From Octopus vulgaris (taxonomy: Eukaryota), in assembly GCA_951406725.2 (NCBI GenBank), contig OX597821.1, forward strand, positions 86,428,001-86,492,000: a stretch of DNA of 64,000 nucleotides. The letters run 5' to 3'. Shown here piece by piece: positions 39,881-51,383 of the stretch. Every line of letters begins with the position of its first letter. Position 1 is the first letter of the stretch. The position numbers and the translations under genes were made by a program. Below the pieces are notes generated by a model that had not been told where the DNA came from, ran no database searches, and was given only the letters and a program-made list of their open reading frames with translations.

Positions 39881-42800
39881 GAGATGCCACAACCTCAGCG
39901 CATTCCATAATGATTTCTTTTCATCTACAACTTTTCTTGCGGCTCTTTCCATGACATCAGGAGGGTATCTCCCCTTGTAATCTTCGTTTTGTAATTTCTA
40001 GGCATGGCATGTTAAACTGAAATAGAAGAGGTAAGTTTTTGCATGCCTGGGGTAAGTTGATACACTGTAACAATTAGCCCCGACCATGAATTTCTGGGGA
40101 TTACCTCGTACACAGCACTTGCAATGTATAGCATCCAGGGAACACAACTTCATGAATCGAAGGCAACTTCCAACACTTCCTAATGAGCCACAAACTACTT
40201 CAGTAACACCACTTGTGCGTTAGAAGTTAAGGAAATAACTTTGTGACAAAATTTCACTTTTGGAGTAAAAAATCGTTTTTGAGCCATACATTTCCTGGTG
40301 ACAGCTCGCCAGTGCAATACACATGTGCAGTCATGATGCTATGGAGTTGGCCTTCACGGAGTAGAGACCCGAGTGCCACATAATTCTTGAAGTTGGAAAC
40401 AATGGGCTTGTAAAGGCTTATCCGTGTAAAAGATAGACACCGTTTCCCCTATCGCATTGAATAAATCAAAATGCGCTTACAGCAGAGGTAACTCTTCTAC
40501 AGAGTGAAGACATTAGTAAATCTCTTGCTATTTTTATTAATCTTCAGTCGTCTGCACAAAAACCGTCGAATTTTTGTCTATTACGAGTGCGATGAAAATA
40601 CGTCAGATATTCTTAATTTTATTCTCAGCCATTCCCCATGTTAAACACAAGCTAAAGAGATAAAATAGACAAAGCTATGCAACCTATTTTCACGTGAATA
40701 TTAAAGGCATGACGCAAAAATAAACTGAAAATTCAACTTAATCACACATAGAATATATAGTGTCTTGTCTAGTACACATTAATGCTTACAATAACAAATC
40801 GAATGAGTCATTCTAGACAAAGACCTGTTTCCTTTTGCATTGTATACTAAAGGACATTAAATAAAAGTATAGAGAACATAAACCGATCCTAACATATGAT
40901 CTGTATGTTAAATGAATCACCGAACATTACGTACATTATATTCACATGCATTTAATTTCTATCACTCAAGGATACATCCGCGTAAACCTTGTATACTCTC
41001 ATGTGTGAGGAAATGGAAATTTTTTGGTATCATCTATTCTCCATTACACGTGTGTCATTTGCTAATGGGATTTACAAAGATTAACATGTTCTATAAACTT
41101 GTAAGGAATTTCTTATCAAAATTCGTCTGACACAGGAAATATTTTATTATACAAAAATGCATTATATCACAGAAATGAATTTAAGATGCATTTATAATAC
41201 AAAAATGAATTATTATAATACAAAAATGCAATTATAATATAAAAATGCATTTAATAATACAAAAATGCGTTTAAAAAGGTGTATTTTATAATTACAAAAT
41301 GCATTTTTATAAATACAAAATTCACGAGTATTCAAATATAGAGCTTTTATTTGGATACTCATTAGGAACTTCACAAATATCCCTAGTGAAGGAAAGAGAA
41401 ACACAGATATACACACATATGTGTGTAGGAATACACACACATATATCCCAAACACATAGATATACATTATATATACCTAACTACACAAACACACATATAT
41501 CTATACATTTTTTCTGCTAGTGGCCTAGCATCTATACAAAGTCAATAGACATTTTTTAACTCCAGGGGGAGTTTTCTCTAGCTGGTAATCGATGTAATCT
41601 GCACCAGATATATTCTGCAAGTAAGGAAGCGAACACCTACCACCTAGCAACAGTGACAGACCATCCTCATTTGTAGTCACTCGTCCGCTAGAGATAGCAA
41701 TAGTCTGCTTCAGCACGCACTAGAACGTTAAAAAAGGTAGTAATATCAGTTCCTATGGAACAACCATATTGAAGTGGCAATAAACATTACGTCTCAGTAT
41801 AGTTACTGGTTACTACTTATTTTTCTATATATTTCGGAGCTGGAGCAGATTACTGCTATCTTTAGCGGATGGGTGTCCACCATTGAGGATGAGCAGAAAT
41901 AGCTAGAAAGTGTTCACTCTGGTAATCCGGTCTTTGTCGCTAGAAGATGGTAGGGGTTCGCTCCCCTGCTTGCAATATATATAGGGTGAAGATTGCATCA
42001 ATAACCTGCTGGAGAAGGCTCCTCCTGAGCTTAAAACGATAGTAACATCCATATTGAAGTGACGCTGAGTATTACTTCTCAGTATAGTTACTACTTTCAT
42101 CTCTTGTAGAAATTTTTTAACTTTTTTAATTTGCTTAATGCCGACATTGTTATCTGTATACGTTAGCATACTGTTTCAGATGAAAGAACAAATAAGAAAG
42201 TATTCGGAACTAATGATAAATATGCAGGTACTATCCGTAAAATTAGATTATATTGGAGACTTTGATTATATAATTAGTTGTGTTAGTGCCAATGTCGAAA
42301 AACTGGATTTCGCAAAAACTAGGAAGCACAACACTAATTAGAAATTCTAATGATAATTCTAGGGAATGGCGAGCACATTAATATTACAGTGAGATGTTTA
42401 ATGTAAAGAAGGGTGAGAAAGATAAATGAAGCATGAAATATAAAACGATCATACGTCATAAATGAAGAAACTGTCAGAAATTTCCAGGATAGGAATTGCA
42501 AGACGGTTTGAGAAAGAAACTGTCAGCCATGCCGCGAATGCAGTGAAACGAATGCCTGTTCATACGGAGATCAGCCATGTCGTTTGTAGCATTCTGATGA
42601 TTAATGTTAGACAACATATCTCCCGTTTTAACAAGACCATGAGACATCTTGGTTACCTCTATCGAAATTCTTTCTGTTGCAAGCATTGGGTCCAGTTTTT
42701 CAGTTTCAGGATACCCCCCTCCTCCATTCACCGGTGTCGGTGACCTTGTGAAGCGCAATGGCCACTGCCCTGTTTCGTAAATAAAAGGATACAAAACAAT

Positions 42801-43025
42801 TCATTAAGTTGATTTAAGTGTCTGAGACAGTAGGGAGTAGAATGAGCTAAGTCTGTGGAGTGTAGCGTATAATTCTGAATATCATAAATATCATATGTGA
42901 GCGTTCTCTTTGCAAAATACCAATAGACTACGGGCTTATGTAAATTATACAGTGTGTTAAATAGCATGTCCATCAGCTGAGATTATCCAAGTACTTGATG
43001 AACAAAAATCCTTTAAAAGTATCTA

Positions 43026-44287
43026 CGAGGGGCGTTCAATAAGTAATGCCCCTGACCCACTTGCAGTTGTTTGATCTAGCTGCATGTGCACTTATTTATA
43101 CCTCTATAGATTAAGTGGCGAATTACAGCTCTGAGCTAATTGTGGTTTCTGATTTACAGGTGTTTGAACTGAGTCAAGTGTGAAATGGAGCCTGTTGAGT
43201 GTCGAGCAGTGATCTGGTTTTTGTATTTGAAAGGACGCACACCACGGGAGACTTTTGATGAAATGAAAGTAACTTATGGTAATGATGCCCCATCATATGA
43301 CCTTGTAAAACGCTGGCATTGTGAAATCAAACATGGTCGGAACTCTGTGGAAACAGCTCCCAGATCTGGTCGCCCCCTTCTGCCGTTGATGAGACGTCTG
43401 TCCGTCAAGTTGAGGCTGCCATTTTGGAAGATCAACGCATAACTATTCGCCAAATAGCCCATAAGGTCAAGATTAGTACCGGGTCTGTGGAAACTATCAT
43501 TCATGACCATTTGCATATGCAAAAGGTGTCTGCCAGATGGATTTCCAGGTTGCTCACACCTTTCCAGAAGCAAGAACGCGTTGAGTGCTCGAGGATGAAT
43601 TTGGAGATGTGCCAAGAAGATGAGTCAAAATTTTTCAAAAGACTGATCGCACAGGATAAAACATGGGTCCATCACTATGATCCATAGACCAAAGCCCAGT
43701 CAATGCAGTGAAAGCACCGTGACTCACCTCCTCCAAAGAAGGCAAGGGTGCAGCCCTCCGCTGACAAGGTTATGCTCACAGTCTTCTGGGACCAGGACGG
43801 AGTAGTGATGACAGATTTCCTGGCAAAGGGTGCCACAATTACAGGAGCCTATTATGCTTCACTTTTGAGGAAATTAAGAGAAGCTATCAAAATCAAGAGG
43901 CGGGGCAAGATCAGCAAAGGCATCCTCCTCCTGCAGGACAACGCTCCGGTCCACAACTCGCGTGTCGCCAGATCAGAAGCACAGGCGTGCAGCTATGAAC
44001 TCCTCCCCTTGCACCCTCTGATTTTCACCTCTTCCCAGCCATGAAGTTGATTTTGAAAGGAAAGCGTTTCCCAGATGATGCAGCCTTGATTTCTGAAGTC
44101 ACGACGTGGTTGGAGGACCAAGCTGGGGTCTTCTACAAAAACGGTCTCCAGAGCTGTATCAAACGATGGGAGAAATGCATAACTCTGGGTAGTTCCTATG
44201 TAGGAAAAGACTAATAACTGTGCCAAATGTCGTTGCTCTACTGCTATGGGAAGTGGGTCAGAGGCATTACTTATTGAACGCCCCTCG
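43026..44287 (+). mobile_element. Mariner DNA transposon, full length, transposase inactivated
   Basis: TIRs cgaggggcgttcaataagtaatgcc(c/t)ctgacccactt with TA duplication; transposase from 43185 with PRSGRP, KVSARWISR, DKTWVHHYDP, LLQDNAPVH; frameshifts and stops. Confidence 0.95.
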
Positions 44288-44727
44288 TAAGTACTAAAAA
44301 CAGAAGACAACTCCTAGAAGATATAAATCAATGTCCTTCTCATACAGAACGCTTCTCTCTGATTATACAATAGCATTTGTGTTTTATGTGTGTTAATGAC
44401 TTTGTAAGTGTATTTTGCAGTTCTAAAGTTATTGTGTGCATATGCAATAGCAAATGTATATGTCGGCGGTGTCTGCCTAGTGTCTAATTTTAGATTATAC
44501 ACCTTCATTGGAATTATGTGAGTATAAACCTTCCTTAAAAAATCACGTGATTATATACCTTCCTTAATGAATCATGTGATAACGCAGGTGATTACATCAA
44601 ATGCAAATCACGCAGAAAAGTATATCGGGTACCTAATTCATTTCTCTTATAGGCATTGAATCAAAGTAGTGGTTGCCAATCTACTGAAAATTTCCTTTGA
44701 CAAACTCAGAAGCCAACACTGATAACA

Positions 44728-44976
44728 ATGTATTTTCTGGCATTCGTACTTTCCTGCCTTGGTTCCAGTGTTTTGGCGGATGATTATTCCCGTTCTCTTT
44801 ATCTGGACCCCAACAAAACTTATCACCTTTCATGGAAATTCAATAAATCTCACATTGAATTCCATACTGAAGTTAAAACACTCGGTTATGTGATGCTAGG
44901 CTTGTCAACGGACGGTAACTTGAAAAACGCCGATGTCTTCTTTGCGGGAGTTTCTAACGGACAACCTTATTCATCG
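44728..44976 (+). CDS. MOXD1: DBH-like monooxygenase gene 2, first coding exon (signal peptide + DOMON N-terminus)
   Basis: MYFLAFVLSCLGSSVLA signal-like peptide; LDP...YHLSW..N...IEF.TEVKTLGYVMLGLS..G....ADV; donor gtaagt at 44977; possible acceptor at 44652. Confidence 0.9.
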
Positions 44977-45239
44977 GTAAGTCAAATAGTTTTACAAAAA
45001 ACACAGTTTTGCTCATTTGCTTCATTACAAATGCATTAATCTAATTTTGTTTGTTTCTTTTTTTTTACTTGTGTTATTATGAAGCAAACCAAACCCAAAC
45101 AAACAACACAAATTACACTCTACATAGACCTCACTGAAATTTTAATGCTAAAATAACACAAAATACAACAAAACACACCCCTCAAGACAAAACAGACCTT
45201 GTATATATACACAATTCAATATCGATTAAAGATAATGTT

Positions 45240-46260
45240 GCACACTCGCCTCAAACGATTGAAAGTTTTGTCATTATCTTGGATTAACGGTAGCTGTTAA
45301 ATTTTTCGTAGAAGGTATTGTCCTGAAAGAAGATTAAGGTAGTGTTTATGTATTATTCTGAGTCCATAATTACTAAAACACTCGTTTTATCGGCTTCTTG
45401 TATAATTATATTATGATCCTCCTTGAGATCATTAATGATTTCCCATTCTTGTTTCAAAAATTTTGAGGTGAGAGTAAATTATAGGGATAATTGGATACCA
45501 AATCACAAAAGTTATCCAGAGTTTGAATTCTTCCTTTTATCGGACAGTAGTTACTTTTATTATGAGGTATTGAGTAATCATTAGAATTCCCGAATATCAT
45601 TTTGTATATCCTTTACGTCCGATCTTTGTAGTGTTCGGGTGAATTTCAGTCCTTTTGCGAGAATTTCGATTTGTTGGTTTGAAAGGGTTTTATGTGAGAG
45701 ATTTATCACCTTCGGGATCTCACATTTGGTTAGTGCTATCGAGTGTCCCCGTTTTGAACTAGTTTACCTAAAAAATTGTTTATTGGGTATTGATATAAGG
45801 AATTACTGTTCTTATTGACTGCCCTTCCGTTGACCCCTGGTCTATTGTGAGTTCTCCGTTGAGGTCGGTTCTGTGTGTGGTTGTCATAATGGTTATATCT
45901 TGTGGTTTGGATGAGGTGGTCATTTGGAAGATATGTCTCGAGCAGGAGAAGTTCCTACTTCTTCTTTGGTCATTTTCCAAGTCTTCATTATGTGGAATGT
46001 ATCTCAGATGTGAGGAGTCCTTATTTTCCTTATAGTTCCGCCCGAAAGATTGATTCACGAAGAAATTACATCGGAGATGTGGAGGGTTCTTCGGGTGTAT
46101 CATTGAGTGGGTGTGTTTTGTCTTGTGGTGAAGAGTACATTGAAATTTCCCATGTTGTGTCTTTGAGAGGGTATCGGCTATTCTTGGTTCTGAGTGGGCA
46201 TTTAGGTATTGTTCCTGTAGCGGACTTTTTTCCGGTTGTGTGGAGTTCGTAATTTTAGCT
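45240..46260 (-). mobile_element. Penelope-like element N-terminal remnant
   Basis: Minus strand VINLSHKTLSNQQIEILAKGLKFT, the 'NLS...L.KGL.F' motif preceding PLE RT; ends approximate. Confidence 0.55.
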
Positions 46261-47199
46261 TTTTTCAAGAAAGGGTTATCAGATTGGTATTACAGTAAAA
46301 TCTACCTATAACAACAAATTCACAGTAAAGTTTGCTTGAGTTATTGCCTAAGTTATTGCCAAGTCTTCACATTTTTAATCTTATCTCAATGCTTATTTTT
46401 TATATAGTGAATTTGCCTGCCATATATACTATTCTACTTTGCTTAGAACTTTAGCAATATTGGTACTTCAGGTACTCATAAACTTCATTGCATGAGATTA
46501 ATACCATAAAATTCCTCGAATTGAGCTCTATCATTTAAGCTTAGTTAAAATAGAGTTTGTCTTTTAAATAAAAATATGTTAATTATACTTAAATCCCATT
46601 TTTTGTCTTAATTATATTTTTTCATGATATTTTAGATCACAACATTTTTCATACAAATTTTTGTTGCATGCGAACAAAACAATGAAATTCTTCATCCTTT
46701 CTTCTATCATTGAAGCTAAGATAAATATATTTTGCTTTTAAAATAAAATATTTAGATCTAAACTTGATTGCTGACGTTATTCACTCTCCTATAACGTTGA
46801 TATAAATTTTGATGTAAACTTTTTTCTACAGGATCAAATCTCAATTTTTATGCCAAAATATAGCTAGGTACCAGTCCTCTTCAAAAATGTTAACAGTTTT
46901 CAATTTGTTTAAGAACTGAATTAGCAACAAGCTCTGAAAGGTGCTGCGTGTGAGTGAATTGCGCCCTTAAGAATACTATTCAACGACTACCGTAGTTGAA
47001 TGACATATAAGGAAAATAGGGATGAAAACATCCAATTTTTCATCGGCTCAAATGCTTAATACCCAGGTTGGTAGAAAAACACGTTACGATTCACAAGGGG
47101 TTTATATAAAATTTATTGAGATGAAAAGAAAATTAAATTTATTAATATAATACTATATTCTTATAATGATTCACATTTTTGCCACAAGAGCAGCTATGG

Positions 47200-47735
47200 G
47201 GAGGGGACTGAGTTGATTACATTTACCCCCCCCCCTCCCGTGCGTAATTGGTACTCATGTAACCCCGAAAGGACAAAAGTGAAAGTCGACTTCGGCGGAA
47301 TTTGAACTCAGAACGTAAAGACGGACGAAATACCCATTTCTATACTACCCATAAAAGGGCTAAACACAGAGAGGACAAACAAAGACAGAAGACGAATTAA
47401 GTCGATTATATTGAACCCAGGGCGTAACTGGTACATATTTAATCGACCCCGAAAGGATGAAAGGCAAAGTCGACCTCGACGGAATTTGAACTCAGAAATA
47501 CCTATTTCTTTACTATCCACAAGGGGCTAAACACAGAGGGGACAAAGAAGGACAGACAAACGGATTAAGTCGTTTACATCGACCCCAGTGCGTAACTGGT
47601 ACTTAATTTATCGACACCGAAAGGATGAAAGGCAAAGTCGACCTCGGCAGAATTTGAACTCAGAACGTAGCGGCAGACGAAATACCGCTAAACATTTCGC
47701 CCGGCGTGCTAACATTGCTGCCAGCTCGCCGCCTT
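47200..47735 (-). mobile_element. Multimeric tRNA-derived SINE (3 body units)
   Basis: Reverse complement of the head GGCGGCGAGCTGGCAG... followed by repeated bodies; one unit internally shortened. Confidence 0.85.
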
Positions 47736-47928
47736 AATATAATAGAATATAATAAATAAAAAATATCAAATACAAATTCCATACAATTGTTTCGACTCTT
47801 ATCCTTCATAAAATAATAAAAATCCATGCTCCTGGGTAAGAATCTCTTCAGTGTAATGTTTGATATGTGAGAAGTAACAGATCCGCCAAAAGAATTTAAA
47901 TATGCTTATTTCCAAGCATGAGCGTCAA

Positions 47929-47971
<43 letters not shown>

Positions 47972-47974
<3 letters not shown>

Positions 47975-48583
47975 TATAAGAGAGTGACCACTATATGGTC
48001 GACTCTAGTGCTAAAAATAGACTCGCTATGGTATTAGCCACTAAAAATTGGTTCCAAGGAGGATCAACACAACATTTAACGTAAACGAGCAGGGCAAGTG
48101 AAGAACAACGAAAATATAGATTAACTCTGGACAATTGTTTCACTCTTAATGTAATATGCAATTTTACATACACAACATCTATAGGTCATCTGCAGAATTT
48201 GTCTAAAATACAATTTATTAAATCGCACGCTTATTGTACTTTTAGCTAGGGAATTTGAAATCATAACTGCTAGTACAATCGATTAAACCGCACGTGTGTT
48301 TGACGTTATGTTAAAATCTAGCGTGCGATTTAATAAATTGTATTTTGAGACAAATTCTGCTGATGACATATAGATGTTGTGTAAGTAAAATTGCATATTA
48401 CATTAATAGCGAAACAATTGCCAAGAGTTAATCTATATTTTGGTTGTTTTTCACTTGCCCTGCTAGTTTACGTTAAATGTTGTGTTGATTCTCCTTGGAA
48501 ACAATTTTTATTGGCTAATACCATAGCGGATCTATTTTTAGCGCTAGAGTCGACCATATAGTGGTCGCTCTCTTATTTTCATG
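47972..48583. repeat. ~260-bp inverted repeat pair (PLE pseudo-LTR type), each arm with a hammerhead-like motif
   Basis: 47972-48231 is the imperfect reverse complement of 48320-48583; motifs at 48126-48196 (-) and 48356-48426 (+); between (TA)n runs. Confidence 0.85.
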
Positions 48584-48683
48584 TATAAACTTTTTATTGT
48601 ATCCCTGGTTTTTATGCGCTAGGCCACTTGGTGTTAAATTAATGGTATTATGAAATTAATATCTAATTTTTCACCCTTATTTG

Positions 48684-48756
<73 letters not shown>

Positions 48757-48758
48757 TG

Positions 48759-48792
<34 letters not shown>

Positions 48793-48848
48793 TTCGCTAT
48801 CTATCTATTATAGGCACAGGAGTGGTTGTGTAAGAACCTTGTGTGTAA

Positions 48849-49265
48849 GGCGGCGAGCTGGCAAAACGTTATCACGCCAGGTGAAATGCGTAGCCGTATT
48901 TAGTCTGCCGTTACGTTCTGAGTTCAGATTCCGCCGAGGTCGACTTTGCCTTCCATCCTTTCGGGGTCGATTAAATAAGTACCAGTTACGCCTGGGGTCA
49001 GTATAATCGACTTAATCCGTTTGTCTGTCCTTGTTTGCCTTCTCTGTGTTTAGCCCCTTGTCGTTAGTAAAGAAATAGGTGTTTCGTCTGCCATAACGTT
49101 CTGAGTTCAAATTCCGCCGAGGTCGACTTTGTCTTTCATCCTTTCGGGGTCCATTGAATAAGCACCAGTTACGCTCTGGGGTCGATATAATCGACTTAAT
49201 CCGTTTGTCTGTCCTTGTTTGTTGTCTCTGTGTGTAGCACCTTGTGGGCAGTAAAAAATAAGAAG
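48849..49265 (+). mobile_element. Multimeric tRNA-derived SINE (2 body units)
   Basis: Head plus units starting at 48896 and 49079 (period 183). Confidence 0.85.
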
Positions 49266-49267
49266 GT

Positions 49268-49324
<57 letters not shown>

Positions 49325-49405
49325 CAACAACAAATTGAGGAACGGCTATAATAGACCGTTCAACCCACTAGAAATAGCAACCAGGGCTAACCGCAAATAG
49401 TAGTA

Positions 49406-49777
49406 ATTCCGGAATCAGAGGAAAAATTAAAAAAACATTTACCATGTTTTCTTTAGACAATGCATTGTTTCAGCGTTTTTTAGTGGTAAACCAGCCTGAT
49501 TAAATTAAATTAAACTCAATCAAGTCAATCGGCGCGAGTACGATGATTTTGAAAATTTTAGGTCAGATATTGCCGAGGCATGAAGGAAGCTGCCTCGTGT
49601 AATTTCTGTCCCTTTCTGGCTCCTTTACTGATGAACGCGTTGGCCTTTGGAAGATTGACTTGATTGAGTTTAATTTAATTTGATCAGGCTGGTTTACCAT
49701 TAAAAAACGCTGAAACAATGCATTGTCTAAAGAAGAACAGGGTAAATGTTTTTTAATTTTTCCTCTGATTCCGGAAT
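49406..49777. repeat. 125-bp inverted repeat pair
   Basis: 49406-49530 is the near-perfect reverse complement of 49653-49777. Confidence 0.9.
49623..49732 (+). ncRNA. Type I hammerhead ribozyme with canonical core and 77-nt stem II
   Basis: CTTTA-CTGATGA-[ACGCGTT...AACGCT]-GAAA-CAATGCATTG-TC-TAAAG; stem I perfect, stem III palindromic; predicted cleavage after C49727. Confidence 0.78.
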
Positions 49778-50874
49778 ATATATATATATATATATTCTGT
49801 TATACTTTCTTACTCTCAGGTTTTTTACTTTCATGTCTACCTTTTGGGCCCATTATAATTCCGTATCTTGGCTGTGTGCGGGAACGGTCTACTTGTTATA
49901 CCTGTGTCTGTGCATATGCATATATGCATATTTTTGTATATATGCATAGGGATTTACTCCCCCATGTGTGTGGTTGTATGCATATCTTTTCCCATAAGCA
50001 TAGAGATTTACTTCCTCTTGTGTATGAGTGTGTGTGCGAGTGTGTCTGTATGTGCGCATGTACGTGTATGTATATACGTACGTATGCGCGTCAGTTCCTG
50101 TACCCAACTACATGCGCCTTTTCCCGTATGTATATGTATATTTTTACACGAGAGTACGTACGAATGTATGTATGCGTGTGGATGTGTGGATGTGTATGCG
50201 TGCGTATATGTATGCGTGTATATGTGTATATGTATCCATGCGTGTACGTATGTACATGTTGACCACGAGGCAATTTACAAGGAAATAGATGAAAGGTTTA
50301 GCCACAAACCAGACAACCCTAATCTACCATATACTGGGTCTTCAGACGTTCTAGTTGATTTATGACACCCACCGCTACGCCCGTAGGCTTATACAACCAG
50401 AATATGTCATCTTTCTGACCACCTTGTTAGTTCTAACCAATTTATATCCCTTATCCTTATATTCTTTTATATGTTTTATATTTTTTTATATCCTTTTATA
50501 TTTTTGATAATTTTTTTAATGTTTTTTAATATTTTTAATATTTTTATATTTTATATTTCTATATTTAGATTTTTTTTATTTTTTATCGTTTTATATTTTA
50601 TCTTTCGTCCTTAATTCTCGTTCCTCTATCTTTATCTCTATTTATTTTTATTACCAGGTTTTTTCACGTTTGTGTGTATTTCTATATTTATTTATTTTTT
50701 TATTTATTTATATTACCTCAACATCCAAACTTCCTAATTCTGCATTGAGTGAAAGACGGGATGGATGCTTCGTTTTTGTGCTGGTGCCCCACTATGTCGT
50801 ACGCGACTGTGAGGATTTGCATCCCCAACGTAGAATTTATGATGTAATACATGTCCTTAGAGTAATAATTGTGC

Positions 50875-50951
50875 GCGGCTGAAGAAGGCCATAGGCACAC
50901 ATTAAGCATTGTTATAAATCCGTCTAAAAAATCCCGAAACATATGTACCGC
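50875..50951 (+). ncRNA. Type I hammerhead-like motif with long loop II
   Basis: GCGG-CTGAAGA-[50 nt, weakly paired]-GAAA-CATATG-TA-CCGC; GUA triplet. Confidence 0.6.
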
Positions 50952-51058
50952 TGAATTCTTGGCACCATGTTTTTATTTTGATTAATTTACTCCACCACCT
51001 ACACCACCAAATGGTATATACAGGTGCTTACAATTATCAAGTACTCACCCTGAATTTA

Positions 51059-51090
<32 letters not shown>

Positions 51091-51094
51091 CATA

Positions 51095-51136
<42 letters not shown>

Positions 51137-51170
51137 CACACATGCATATATACATACATACATACATATA

Positions 51171-51249
<79 letters not shown>

Positions 51250-51263
51250 TTGTCTTATTGCAG

Positions 51264-51383
51264 GACAATTATGGCAAGAATAGCGGAAAATGGCATCTTA
51301 TGTACTACAAGGAGTTTAACATGGAAACAACATTGACATTCTCTAGAGAACTTTCTGGGCCAAATATGAAAATAAATATCACA
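51264..51383 (+). CDS. MOXD1: DBH-like monooxygenase gene 2, DOMON exon 2
   Basis: ttgcag|[40 protein letters not shown]|gtaagt; W.L....E....T.L.F.R.L DOMON pattern; phase 0/0. Confidence 0.85.

Noticed and set aside
41560-42030. Diverged ~120-bp inverted similarity
   Set aside because: Too degenerate to interpret; probably two old repeat copies in opposite orientation
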